Source: Steroidobacteraceae bacterium (lineage in GTDB: Bacteria > Pseudomonadota > Gammaproteobacteria > Steroidobacterales > Steroidobacteraceae). From it: DNA of 24,000 nt. Shown here one piece after another: positions 1 to 8,567 of the stretch; within the stretch, counting starts at the first letter, position 1; every line of letters begins with the position of its first letter. The translations under genes and the position numbers were made by a program. The DNA is taken from contig DASUHA010000033.1 in assembly GCA_036273735.1 (NCBI GenBank), positions 23,978 to 47,977 of the forward strand, written 5' to 3'. The notes beneath the pieces were generated by a model. The model saw nothing but the letters and a program-made list of their open reading frames with translations, made no database searches and was not told the origin of the DNA.

Positions 1-965
1 AGGCTCAGGGGCTTCCTGCCAGCCTGCGCTTTCGGGTTCCCACCGGGCGGCACATCGAGTTCGTCGATCTGGTCCACGGCGCGCAGAGCTTCCTCTCGGA
101 CGACATCGGGGACTTCATCATCCGACGCGCGGAGGGCACGGCGTCGTTTTTCTTTTCCAATGCTGTCGATGATGCCTGCATGGGTGTCACGCAGGTACTG
201 CGCGGCGAAGATCATCTGGCCAACACTCCGCGACAGCTTCTGATCCTCGAAGCGCTGCAGCTGCGTGCACCGGGCTATGGCCACGTCTCACTCATTCTCG
301 GCTCCGACGGCGCACCGCTTTCCAAGCGGCACGGCGCGACGAGCGTCCGCGAGTATCGCGACAGGGGTTATCGACCCGAGGCACTTCTCAACCACCTCTT
401 TCGCCTCGGGCACTCGAGCGGCGAGCACGATCTGCTCGATCTTCAGGCCATGGCGCGTGCCTTCGATCCGGGACATCTCGGACGTGCGTCGGCGCACTTC
501 GATGCGCAACAGCTGCACGTGTGGCAGAAGGAGGCTGCACATCGCCTGTCGGTGAACGACGCGCTCGTCTGGCTCGCACCGGTGCTGCCGGCCGGTCTCA
601 GCGAACACGCCGCGAGCGCCTTCGTCGCCGCGATCCTGCCGAACGTGGTATTGCCGCAGGATGCGCAGCCGTGGGTGCGGATCGTCTTCGGCCCACCTCC
701 CGAGCTCGAGGGCGATGCCGGGGAGATCGTGACCAAGGCGGGCGGGCGCTACTTTGCAGCCGCGGCGCAGGCCGCGGCGCAGAGCGGCAATGACTTGCCG
801 GCCATCGTCTCCGCGGTCCGCGCCGCGACCGGCAAAAAGGGCGCGGAGCTCTACATGCCCCTGCGTGTCGCGCTCACCGGCCGCAGCCACGGGCCGGAGC
901 TGGCGCCTCTTTTGAAAGCCATGCCTGCCGGCACGGCGCAGGGACGGCTGGCGCGCTTCGCTTAG
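1..965 (+). CDS. gltX: Glutamyl-tRNA synthetase, C-terminal part (5' end outside window; reading frame starts at nt 3)
   Basis: Frame is open from nt 3: ...[18 protein letters not shown]...[42 protein letters not shown]. This is the typical class I GluRS core followed by an anticodon-binding tail. TAG stop at 963-965. Confidence 0.9.
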   Translation, partial: AQGLPASLRFRVPTGRHIEFVDLVHGAQSFLSDDIGDFIIRRAEGTASFFFSNAVDDACMGVTQVLRGEDHLANTPRQLLILEALQLRAPGYGHVSLILGSDGAPLSKRHGATSVREYRDRGYRPEALLNHLFRLGHSSGEHDLLDLQAMARAFDPGHLGRASAHFDAQQLHVWQKEAAHRLSVNDALVWLAPVLPAGLSEHAASAFVAAILPNVVLPQDAQPWVRIVFGPPPELEGDAGEIVTKAGGRYFAAAAQAAAQSGNDLPAIVSAVRAATGKKGAELYMPLRVALTGRSHGPELAPLLKAMPAGTAQGRLARFA

Positions 966-988
966 ATTCCCTTCACGGCTCAGATGAC

Positions 989-2413
989 ATGATCCGCATC
1001 CACAACTCACTCACCGGAGAGAAGCAGCCGCTCGCCCCCATAACGCCCGGCGAGGTCCGCATGTATGTATGCGGCCTGACGGTGTACGACTTCATGCACA
1101 TCGGACATGCACGCATGATGATCGTGTTCGATGTGGTCAACCGCTATTTGCGTTACCACGGATATCAGGTCACGTACGTCCGCAACATCACGGACATCGA
1201 TGACAAGATCATCAGGCGGGCGGCCGAGAACGCCGAGCCGATCGACGCCCTGACGGGGCGTTTCATTGCCGCGATGCATCAGGACTGCGATGAGCTCGGG
1301 GTTGCTCGGCCGGATCACGAGCCGCGCGCCACGCAATACGTGCCCGCCATCATCGCGATGGTGGAGAAGCTCGTCGCGAGTGGCTACGCCTACGCGGCGC
1401 CGAACGGTGATGTGATGTACGCGGTCGCGAAGTTCGATGGCTACGGCCGACTCTCGGGCAAGCGCCTCGCGGACCTGCGCGCCGGCGCCCGCGTCGAGAT
1501 CGACGAGTCCAAGCGCGACCCGCTCGACTTCGTGCTCTGGAAGCATGCCAAGCCCGGCGAGCCCGCATGGGATTCGCCGTGGGGGAAGGGTCGGCCGGGG
1601 TGGCACATCGAGTGCTCGGCCATGTCGGTGGCGCTCCTCGGCTCGCACTTCGACATCCACGGCGGTGGCCTCGATCTCAAGTTCCCGCACCACGAGAACG
1701 AGATCGCGCAGACCTGCGCCGCGACCGGCGACCGCTTCGCCGAGATCTGGATGCACAACGGCTTCGTCAACATCGACAACGAGAAGATGTCGAAGTCGCT
1801 CGGCAACTTCTTCACCGTGCGCGAGGTGTTGGAGAAGGCGGTGCGACACCCGCAGGTGTTGCGCTACTTCGTGCTGTCGAGCCACTACCGCGGACCCATC
1901 AACTATTCGCTCGAGCAGCTCGAGCAGGCGGATGCGGCCCTCGGCCGCATCATGACTGCGCTGCGCGACCTGCCGCAGTCGCCGGCGCCGACGTCCGAAT
2001 ACCTCGGCCGCTTTCAGGAGGCGATGGACGACGATTTCAACACGCCGGAAGCCGTTGCAGTCCTACAGACTCTGACTCGCGAGATCAATACGGCGAAGAG
2101 CGCAGGGAATGAGGCGCGCGCTGCGGCTCTCGGCGCGGAGCTGCGCTCGCTGGCGGGCGTGCTCGGGCTGACGGTTACTCCAAAGGAGTGGTTTTCGCTT
2201 GGCACGAAGCTCGTCGCCCAGGGGGGCGATAGGGTCGTCGCGGACGTGACGGCGCTTGGGGATGCCGAGATCGCGCAGCGCATCGAGGCACGGATTGCCG
2301 CGCGCAAGGCTAAGAATTGGGCTGAGTCCGACCGCATCCGCGAGGAGCTCGCGGCGGCCGGCGTCATCCTCGAGGACAAGCCCGGCGGCAAGACGGAGTG
2401 GCGGCGCGCCTGA
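989..2413 (+). CDS. cysS: Cysteinyl-tRNA synthetase
   Basis: 474 aa. HIGH-type motif (FMHIGHAR), KMSKS motif ([11 protein letters not shown]) and the CysRS-typical [16 protein letters not shown] at 989. Confidence 0.95.
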   Translation: MIRIHNSLTGEKQPLAPITPGEVRMYVCGLTVYDFMHIGHARMMIVFDVVNRYLRYHGYQVTYVRNITDIDDKIIRRAAENAEPIDALTGRFIAAMHQDCDELGVARPDHEPRATQYVPAIIAMVEKLVASGYAYAAPNGDVMYAVAKFDGYGRLSGKRLADLRAGARVEIDESKRDPLDFVLWKHAKPGEPAWDSPWGKGRPGWHIECSAMSVALLGSHFDIHGGGLDLKFPHHENEIAQTCAATGDRFAEIWMHNGFVNIDNEKMSKSLGNFFTVREVLEKAVRHPQVLRYFVLSSHYRGPINYSLEQLEQADAALGRIMTALRDLPQSPAPTSEYLGRFQEAMDDDFNTPEAVAVLQTLTREINTAKSAGNEARAAALGAELRSLAGVLGLTVTPKEWFSLGTKLVAQGGDRVVADVTALGDAEIAQRIEARIAARKAKNWAESDRIREELAAAGVILEDKPGGKTEWRRA

Positions 2414-2445
2414 GTGGCGGTTCGCCTGAGTGGCGGCGCGCCTGA
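2398..2445. repeat. Three tandem copies of a 16-nt unit spanning the cysS stop codon
   Basis: gtggcggcgcgcctga (2398-2413), gtggcggttcgcctga (2414-2429), gtggcggcgcgcctga (2430-2445). Copies 1 and 3 are identical and copy 2 differs at 2 positions. Confidence 0.85.
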
Positions 2446-2457
2446 GCCCGGCGCGCC
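2435..2457. terminator. GC-rich hairpin between convergent cysS and folD (possible bidirectional terminator or mRNA-stabilising stem)
   Basis: ggcgcgcc (2435-2442), 7-nt loop tgagccc, ggcgcgcc (2450-2457). The octamer is self-complementary, so this gives an 8-bp GC stem. There is no U-tract, so intrinsic-terminator status is uncertain. Confidence 0.3.
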
Positions 2458-2459
2458 AG

Positions 2460-3323
2460 CTATCTTCCCGAATCCTCGCGGCGGTGATAGGCCTCCAGGG
2501 TGTTGTACATCAGCATGGCTACGGTCATGGGCCCCACGCCCCCCGGCACCGGCGTGATCCAGCCCGCGCGCTCCCGCGCCGCCTCGAACTGCACATCGCC
2601 CACGAGGTGCCCATTGTCGAGCCGGTTCATGCCGACGTCGATCACCATGGCGCCGGGCTTGATCCACTCGCCCGGGACGAGCCCGGGCTTGCCGACGGCG
2701 ACGACCAGGATGTCGGCCTGGCGCACGTAGGTGTCGAGGCCGGCCGTGAATCGGTGGCAGACGGTCGTGGTCGCTCCCATGAGAAGCAGCTCGAGCGACA
2801 TCGGCCTCCCGACGATGTTGGAAGCGCCGACCACGACGGCATGCTGCCCTTTGAATGGCGCGCCCACGCGCTCCAGGAGCCGGATGACTCCGTAGGGCGT
2901 GCAGGGACGCATCACCGGAATGCGTTGCGCCAAGCGTCCAACGTTGTACGGATGGAAACCGTCGACGTCCTTTGCCGGATCGATTTTCTCGATGACCGCG
3001 GTCTGCTGGATCTGCGCGGGCAGCGGCAGTTGCACCAGAATTCCGTCGACGCTCGCGTCACGATTGAGGTCATCGACCAGCCCGAGCAGGGCGGCTTCCG
3101 AGGTGGAGTCGCTCAAGTCGTGCGCCACCGAGAGGATGCCGACTTCCTCGCACGCCTTGCGCTTGTTGCGCACGTAGACCTCGGAGGCCGGATCGTCCCC
3201 CACCTTGACCACGGCAAGGGCCGGGCGCCGGTTGCCGCGGGCAAGGGCAGCGTCGATCCTGCGGCGGACCTGATTTTTGACCTCGACCGCCAGCCCGCGG
3301 CCATCGATCAACTGCGCCGTCAT
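2460..3323 (-). CDS. folD: Bifunctional methylenetetrahydrofolate dehydrogenase/cyclohydrolase
   Basis: 287 aa from the ATG at 3323: [12 protein letters not shown]...[25 protein letters not shown]...[10 protein letters not shown]...[13 protein letters not shown]...[11 protein letters not shown]. The upstream 52 codons of the tracked ORF are antisense to tRNA-Pro and were excluded. Confidence 0.93.
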   Translation of the reverse strand: MTAQLIDGRGLAVEVKNQVRRRIDAALARGNRRPALAVVKVGDDPASEVYVRNKRKACEEVGILSVAHDLSDSTSEAALLGLVDDLNRDASVDGILVQLPLPAQIQQTAVIEKIDPAKDVDGFHPYNVGRLAQRIPVMRPCTPYGVIRLLERVGAPFKGQHAVVVGASNIVGRPMSLELLLMGATTTVCHRFTAGLDTYVRQADILVVAVGKPGLVPGEWIKPGAMVIDVGMNRLDNGHLVGDVQFEAARERAGWITPVPGGVGPMTVAMLMYNTLEAYHRREDSGR

Positions 3324-3347
3324 CTCTGGTGTTCCACTTCCGACCCT

Positions 3348-3375
3348 TTGAGGGGCGCGCATTCTCGCATATGAT
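3348..3375 (+). promoter_or_regulatory. Candidate sigma70-type promoter for tRNA-Pro
   Basis: TTGAGG (3348-3353), 16-nt spacer, TATGAT (3370-3375), about 27 nt upstream of the tRNA. Identified by eye only. Confidence 0.3.
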
Positions 3376-3401
3376 GCCGCGGCCGATTCCGCTGATCCGG
3401 C

Positions 3402-3478
3402 CGGGGCATGGCGCAGTTTGGTAGCGCATCTGCTTTGGGAGCAGAGGGTCGCCGGTTCGAGTCCGGCTGCCCCGACCA
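3402..3478 (+). tRNA. tRNA-Pro (anticodon TGG)
   Basis: Hand-folded cloverleaf of 77 nt. Acceptor CGGGGCA/TGCCCCG, anticodon stem TCTGC/GCAGA with loop TTTGGGA, T-arm GCCGG-TTCGAGT-CCGGC, encoded CCA. Confidence 0.93.
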
Positions 3479-3582
3479 TCTCTTTTCAGTCTCCTTCCCT
3501 CTTCAATCCGGCCTCCAGGGCCTGGCCCGCGCTCAGCGGGACCTTGGCCTGTGCGCCTAAACTTGCCAAAGCAAAGGAAGCC

Positions 3583-3611
3583 TTGACAAAGGCAGCCTAG
3601 GCAAATATATT
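3583..3611 (+). promoter_or_regulatory. Near-consensus sigma70 promoter upstream of the MarR-family gene
   Basis: TTGACA (3583-3588), 17-nt spacer, TATATT (3606-3611). The spacer contains the palindromic core GCCTAGGC (3595-3602). Confidence 0.55.
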
Positions 3612-3652
3612 GCGCCCATCTCCCATCAGGGGGATTTTCTCGGAGAGCGATC

Positions 3653-4120
3653 TTGGTGAGCATCTACGACAGCGAAAACTACGAGCCCTGCAGGAGCGTG
3701 GCTCACCTGGTAGGCCAGGTGCGGACGGAGCTGCTGGCCGCTCTGGATCGGGAGCTGACGGCGGACAAGCACGTTGCCGACATTGGCGTGACCTCCGCGC
3801 AGTTCATCGTGATGGCGCGGCTTGCGGCGGCGGAGCGCAAAAAGTCCGCTTCCGATCTCTGCAAGGAGATGTCGTACGACGCCGGCGCCATGACTCGCAT
3901 GATCGACCGGCTGGAGAGCAAGGGTCTCATTCGCCGGGCCCGGTGCCCGCAGGACCGGAGGCTCGTGTACCTCGAGATGACCGACCAGGGGCGCTCCGCC
4001 TATCCGCGCCTGCGGGAGATCTCGATGGCGATTCAGAATCGGTTTCTGCGCGGATTCAGCCGCACGGATACCCGTCAGCTCGAGGGCTTGCTCGGGCGGA
4101 TGTTGGAGAACGCCGCCTGA
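3653..4120 (+). CDS. MarR-family transcriptional repressor (EmrR/MprA-like)
   Basis: 155 aa winged-HTH MarR pattern: SAQFIVMARL...SASDLCKEMSYDAGAMTRMIDRLESKGLIRRARCPQDRRLVYLEMTDQGR. Start is TTG 3653 or GTG 3656, downstream of GGAGAG. It sits immediately upstream of the HlyD/MFS pair. Confidence 0.85.
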   Translation: MVSIYDSENYEPCRSVAHLVGQVRTELLAALDRELTADKHVADIGVTSAQFIVMARLAAAERKKSASDLCKEMSYDAGAMTRMIDRLESKGLIRRARCPQDRRLVYLEMTDQGRSAYPRLREISMAIQNRFLRGFSRTDTRQLEGLLGRMLENAA

Positions 4121-4153
4121 GGGCGTGAACGCTTTTTTTTGGCGAGGAAAACC

Positions 4154-4163
4154 TGCCTAGGCA
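4154..4163. promoter_or_regulatory. Perfect 10-bp palindrome TGCCTAGGCA upstream of the emrA-like gene (candidate MarR operator)
   Basis: TGCCTAGGCA at 4154-4163 followed by tattta. The related site AGCCTAGGCA at 3594-3603 is followed by aatatatt. A possible -35 TTGGCG and -10 CATATT flank it. Confidence 0.4.
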
Positions 4164-4206
4164 TATTTAGCCATGGCAGTGAGATAGAGAGAACTGGGAG
4201 ACTGAC

Positions 4207-5478
4207 ATGACGACCCGCGACGAAACTGCAAAAACTTCGGCCTGGAAGAGCCCCAGGGTGCGCTGGCTTGTGCTCGTTCTCGGGGGCTTCCTCGTTCTCG
4301 GCGCCGCCTGGGGCGTCTACTGGGATCGCGACCTGCGCTACTCCGTCTACACGGATGATGCGTACGTCAGCGGCAACGTCGTGCAGATCACACCACAGAT
4401 CGCCGGCACGGTGGTGGCGATCGGCGCCGACAACACGCAGTTCGTGAAGGCCGGGCAGCCGCTGGTGCGCCTGGATCCCGCGGACGCCAAGGTTGCTCTG
4501 CAGCAGTCGGAGGCAGGGCTCGCGAAGACGGTGCGTCAGGTCCGCAACCTCTTCGCAACCACCTCGGAGCTGCAGGCGAACGTCGAGGTCCGCCGGACGG
4601 ACCTCGCCAAGGCGCAGAGTGACTACGATCGTCGTGCGCGCCTGGAGCGCAGTGGCGCGATTTCGCTGGAAGAGCTGCAGCACGCTGGTGATGCCGTGAA
4701 ATCGGCACAGGCGGCGTTGCTGGCCGCGCAGCAGCAGATGGCTGCCGACCGCGCCTTGATCGACGGTACGACTATCCAGAGCAACCCTGCTGTTCGCGAC
4801 GCCGCGGCGGCCGTGCATGCCGCTTACCTCAACTACGCCCGTACGGTGCTGCCAGCACCCGTCTCCGGGTTCGTTGCCCGTCGCGACGTGCAGCTCGGCG
4901 AGCGCGTTAATACCGGAACGCCGCTGATGGCAGTGGTGCCGCTGAACGAGGTCTGGGTCGATGCCAACTTCAAGGAGTCGCAGCTGCAGTCCATGCGCGT
5001 CGGCCAGCCCGTCTCACTGACTTCCGACCTCTACGGCGGCGGTGTCGTGTTCCATGGCCACGTGGTCGGCTTCGGCGCCGGGACCGGGTCGGCCTTCTCG
5101 CTGCTGCCGGCTCAGAATGCCACCGGCAACTGGATCAAGATCGTACAGCGAGTGCCGGTGCGCGTGGCGCTCGACCCGCAGGAGCTCGCACAGCATCCGT
5201 TGCAGATTGGCCTCTCGATGAAGGCTTACGTCGACGTGCACGACGACAACGGCCAGCGGCTGCCCCAGGTCGCCGTCAACGAGCGTGACTACTCGACGGA
5301 TGTCTTCCAGTCCGTTGCGGCGCAGGCGGATTCGACGGTGCAGCAGATTATCTCGGCGAATGCCCCGGTGGCGGGGCGAGCGAGCGCCGGTCATCGGTAT
5401 GCGGCCCGGCTGAGTGGTGGACCGACGGTACTCGCCGCGCCTGCCCGCGCCACACTGCCGGTGGCGCTGAGCGAATAG
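4207..5478 (+). CDS. emrA: HlyD-family membrane fusion protein of an EmrAB-type efflux pump
   Basis: 423 aa. N-terminal single TM (WLVLVLGGFLVLGAAWGVYW), then YVSGNVVQITPQIAGTVVAI...VKAGQPLVRLDP, a coiled-coil region, and NATGNWIKIVQRVPVRV near the C-terminus. These are all EmrA hallmarks. Confidence 0.85.
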   Translation: MTTRDETAKTSAWKSPRVRWLVLVLGGFLVLGAAWGVYWDRDLRYSVYTDDAYVSGNVVQITPQIAGTVVAIGADNTQFVKAGQPLVRLDPADAKVALQQSEAGLAKTVRQVRNLFATTSELQANVEVRRTDLAKAQSDYDRRARLERSGAISLEELQHAGDAVKSAQAALLAAQQQMAADRALIDGTTIQSNPAVRDAAAAVHAAYLNYARTVLPAPVSGFVARRDVQLGERVNTGTPLMAVVPLNEVWVDANFKESQLQSMRVGQPVSLTSDLYGGGVVFHGHVVGFGAGTGSAFSLLPAQNATGNWIKIVQRVPVRVALDPQELAQHPLQIGLSMKAYVDVHDDNGQRLPQVAVNERDYSTDVFQSVAAQADSTVQQIISANAPVAGRASAGHRYAARLSGGPTVLAAPARATLPVALSE

Positions 5479-5520
5479 CCTCGCGGGTCTGCGGAAGCGG
5501 TCTCACTTGAGGGTTCCAAC

Positions 5521-7137
5521 ATGAGCGCAGTCATTCGGGAAGAGCAGGACATGCCGCCGCAGCCGAAGCCCGCGGCGGTGACCCCGGCGCCGAAGTCGGA
5601 CATGCCGTGCCTCAAGGGCTCCGCTCTCGCCCTCGGCACGATCGCGCTGTCGCTCGCGACCTTCATGAACGTGCTCGACACGTCGATCGCGAACGTGGCG
5701 ATTCCTTCCATCGCCGGCGACCTTGGAGTCTCGCCGGATCAGGGAACGTGGGTGATCACCTCGTTCGCGGTTGCCAACGCCATCTCCATGCCGCTCACCG
5801 GCTGGCTCACGCGCCGGATCGGGCAGGTGCGCCTCTTTACCGCCTCGACACTGCTCTTCGTGGTGGCCTCGTTTCTCTGCGGACTCGCGCCCTCGATTGG
5901 AATGCTGGTGGCCTTCCGGGCTCTCCAGGGACTGGTGGCGGGTCCAATGATTCCGCTTTCGCAATCGCTGCTGCTCGCGAGCTATCCGAAGGCCAAGGCG
6001 GGCGCCGCGCTCACGGTATGGTCGATGACCACGTTGGTGGCGCCAGTCGTCGGGCCGGTGCTCGGCGGTTGGATCACCGACAACATCTCCTGGCCCTGGA
6101 TCTTCTACATCAACGTGCCGATCGGCGTCGCCGCCGTCGCCGTGACCTGGGCGATCTACCGGCGCCGCGAGACACCGACTGCGCGCCTGCCGATCGACAA
6201 AGTGGGACTGACGCTGCTCATCGTCTGGGTCGGCGCGATGCAGATCCTGCTCGACAAGGGCAAGAACCTCGACTGGTTCAACTCGCCCGTCATCGTGACG
6301 CTCGCCATCATCGCGGTGGTCGGCTTCGCCGTCTTCATGATCTGGGAGCTGACCGACAAGCATCCGATCGTCGACCTGAGCCTCTTCCGCGGCCGGAATT
6401 TCTCCGTGAGCACCGTGGCGATGCTCGTCGGCTACGGCCTTTACTTCGGCAACGTGGTGCTGCTGCCGCTCTGGCTGCAGCAATACATGGGCTACACCGC
6501 GACGCTCGCCGGGGTCGTGCTGGCACCGGTCGGCGTGCTGGCGATCCTGCTCATGCCGGTGGTGGGGCGCTTCCTCTCCCGCACCGACCCGCGCTGGATC
6601 GTCACCGTGTCGTTCCTGGTCTTTGGCCTCGTGATGTTCCAGCGCTCCTGGTTCAACACGCAGGCGGACATCCGCACACTGCTGGTGCCGACCCTCATTC
6701 AGGGTGTGGCCTTGGCGACGTTCTTCGTCCCGCTGCTCACGCTGGGCTTCTCGGGGCTCTCCGCGGATCGAATTCCTGCAGCCTCGGGGCTCATGAACTT
6801 CGCGCGCATCACCGCGGGGTCATTCGCGACATCCATCACCACCACGCTCTGGGACAGGCGCGCGACGCTGCACCATGCGCAGTTGGTGGAGCACCTGATC
6901 GGCTCCAACGCCTCGATGACGCAGGCCCTGGGACAGCTGCACGCCGATGGCCTGACGAGCCAGCAGGGCTATGCGCTGCTCAACAACCTGGTCGACAACC
7001 AGGCCTACATGCTCTCGGCCAACGACATCTTCTACGTGTCGGGATTTCTCTTCGTGGTGCTGGCGGGCCTCGTCTGGCTGGCACGTCCATCGAAGGCCGG
7101 TGGGGCGGGCAAGGAAGCCGCCGCGGGTGCGCACTAA
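5521..7137 (+). CDS. emrB: DHA2-family MFS drug efflux transporter (EmrB/QacA type, 14-TM class)
   Basis: 538 aa: LATFMNVLDTSIANVAIPSIAGDLGVS...ISMPLTGWLTRRIGQVRLF...FRALQGLVAGPMIPLSQSLL...ISWPWIFYINVPIG. Hydrophobic throughout. Confidence 0.9.
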   Translation: MSAVIREEQDMPPQPKPAAVTPAPKSDMPCLKGSALALGTIALSLATFMNVLDTSIANVAIPSIAGDLGVSPDQGTWVITSFAVANAISMPLTGWLTRRIGQVRLFTASTLLFVVASFLCGLAPSIGMLVAFRALQGLVAGPMIPLSQSLLLASYPKAKAGAALTVWSMTTLVAPVVGPVLGGWITDNISWPWIFYINVPIGVAAVAVTWAIYRRRETPTARLPIDKVGLTLLIVWVGAMQILLDKGKNLDWFNSPVIVTLAIIAVVGFAVFMIWELTDKHPIVDLSLFRGRNFSVSTVAMLVGYGLYFGNVVLLPLWLQQYMGYTATLAGVVLAPVGVLAILLMPVVGRFLSRTDPRWIVTVSFLVFGLVMFQRSWFNTQADIRTLLVPTLIQGVALATFFVPLLTLGFSGLSADRIPAASGLMNFARITAGSFATSITTTLWDRRATLHHAQLVEHLIGSNASMTQALGQLHADGLTSQQGYALLNNLVDNQAYMLSANDIFYVSGFLFVVLAGLVWLARPSKAGGAGKEAAAGAH

Positions 7138-8567
7138 CCCCGCTTGCTGGCGCACTCAGCGAGCGTCTGGCGCAGCTCGGCGAGCTTCGGCGGCTTGCTG
7201 AGGATGTAATCGACCTGCGGGGCGGTCTCGCCCTCGAGCGGCATGTGCCTGCCCCATCCCGTCAGGAGCACGATGGGCGTGGGCGGAGCGAGCGCCTTGA
7301 TGGCCGCGGAGACTTTGCGGCCGTCGACGTACGGCATGCCGAGATCGGTGATTACCAGGTCGAACGGCCGGCCGGCGCGAAGCGCAGCGGTGAACGTGTC
7401 GATCCCGCCCTGGCCGCCATCGGCGGTCACGACCTCGTGACCATCGGCTTCCAGCGCATCGCGTAGCGACCGGATGAGTAGCGGGTCATCGTCTACGAGC
7501 AGCAGCCGCATTGCGCGTGCAGGAGCATCTGCCACCCGCCGCTCGCGCTCCCCGTCAGGAGCCGGACTGGAGAGCGGGAATATCAGCCGCACGGCCGTCC
7601 CGGCGTTCGGGGCGCTCTCGATTTCCAGCTCCGCGCTGTGCCGCCGGGCCATCCCGTAGACCATGGCGAGACCGAGTCCCGTGCCCCGCTCCCCCTTGGT
7701 GGTGTAGAACGGCTCGAGGCAACGGCGGCGGGTGACCTCGTCCATGCCGTTACCGGTATCGCGCACTTCTATCAGAACGTGCTCGGCAGCCGTGCTGTCG
7801 CTGCGCGAGACGCTGTTGGGCCGCGCCACGGTGCGCAAGGTGAGCGTTCCGCCCTGCGGCATGGCATCCACCGCATTGAACACAAGGTTAGTCAGGGCAT
7901 CGCGGATCTCACTGCCTACACCCATGATCGCCGGTAGCTTGCTGGTAAGCTCGGTACGTACGTGGACGACGACGCCGCGTTGCTGTGGCAGGTCACTCCA
8001 GCGTGCGCGGGTCAGCGCCACGACCTGCTCGACGACTTCATTGAGCTCGACGGGGGCGAGCTGCAGAGTTGACTCGCGCGGACGGTAGAATTCGCGCATG
8101 CGCGCGACGGTGGCGGCGACGTCTTCGATGGCGCGCTGAATAATGGTCATGTATTCGCGTGCGCGCTGGCTCAGGGTCGAGTCGTGCTCCAGCAGGGAGG
8201 CGGTGTAAAGCGCGATGGGAGAGATGGCGTTGTTGATATCGTGCGCAATGCCACTCGCCATCTGCCCGAGCGCCCGCAGGCGCTCCTGTTGGACCAGCCT
8301 CTCCTGGCTCTGTCGCAGCTCCTCATATGCCAGCCGCAGCGCTTCGTGTAAGTGCTGGCGCTCCCGCTCTGCCTTGCGGCGTTCCTCGATCTCCGCCAGG
8401 AGCGCTTGATTCGAGCGCTTGAGCTCATCGATGCCCTGCTCGAGCTCCAGCGCGAGCGCGGCGATCTCCCGGTTGCTCTGCGTCAGCTCGTCCTGCAGGA
8501 GCTGCACCGTGCTCCGCAGCGTCTGGACGTCGTGCTCGGTATCGTGCTCGCCCGCCGGTGCGTTCAC
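7134..8567 (-). CDS. Cytoplasmic hybrid sensor histidine kinase (coiled coil + HisKA + HATPase_c + C-terminal receiver)
   Basis: 477 aa. N-terminal ~100 aa is heptad-like (LLQDELTQSNREIAALALELEQGIDELKRSNQALLAEIEERRKAERE). H-box SGIAHDINNAISPI, G-boxes DTGNGM and GTGLGLAMV, receiver LLLVDDDP...DLVITDLGMPYVDG...SKPP. No TM segment or ligand-binding domain recognised. The GTG start overlaps the upstream stop (GTGA, 8567-8564). Confidence 0.88.
   Translation of the reverse strand: MNAPAGEHDTEHDVQTLRSTVQLLQDELTQSNREIAALALELEQGIDELKRSNQALLAEIEERRKAERERQHLHEALRLAYEELRQSQERLVQQERLRALGQMASGIAHDINNAISPIALYTASLLEHDSTLSQRAREYMTIIQRAIEDVAATVARMREFYRPRESTLQLAPVELNEVVEQVVALTRARWSDLPQQRGVVVHVRTELTSKLPAIMGVGSEIRDALTNLVFNAVDAMPQGGTLTLRTVARPNSVSRSDSTAAEHVLIEVRDTGNGMDEVTRRRCLEPFYTTKGERGTGLGLAMVYGMARRHSAELEIESAPNAGTAVRLIFPLSSPAPDGERERRVADAPARAMRLLLVDDDPLLIRSLRDALEADGHEVVTADGGQGGIDTFTAALRAGRPFDLVITDLGMPYVDGRKVSAAIKALAPPTPIVLLTGWGRHMPLEGETAPQVDYILSKPPKLAELRQTLAECASKRG

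Noticed and set aside
288-3374. Long antisense ORFs over gltX, cysS and folD (288-1010 minus, 1007-1885 minus, 2430-3374 plus)
   Set aside because: Each lies opposite a gene with unambiguous housekeeping motifs. Their translations are Arg/Gly/His-rich with no family resemblance.
3324-3479. N-terminal 52-codon extension of the folD ORF ([26 protein letters not shown]...)
   Set aside because: This peptide is the classic antisense read-through of a tRNA, here tRNA-Pro at 3402-3478. The folD homology starts at MTAQLIDG (ATG 3323).
5607-7466. 619-aa plus-strand ORF, the longest in the track
   Set aside because: It is an alternate frame of the emrB-like gene running into the antisense of the kinase. 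The translation is Arg/Ala/Gly/Pro-rich and low in complexity, with no motif. The overlapping frame (5521-7137) gives a clean MFS transporter. This is a typical high-GC artefact.
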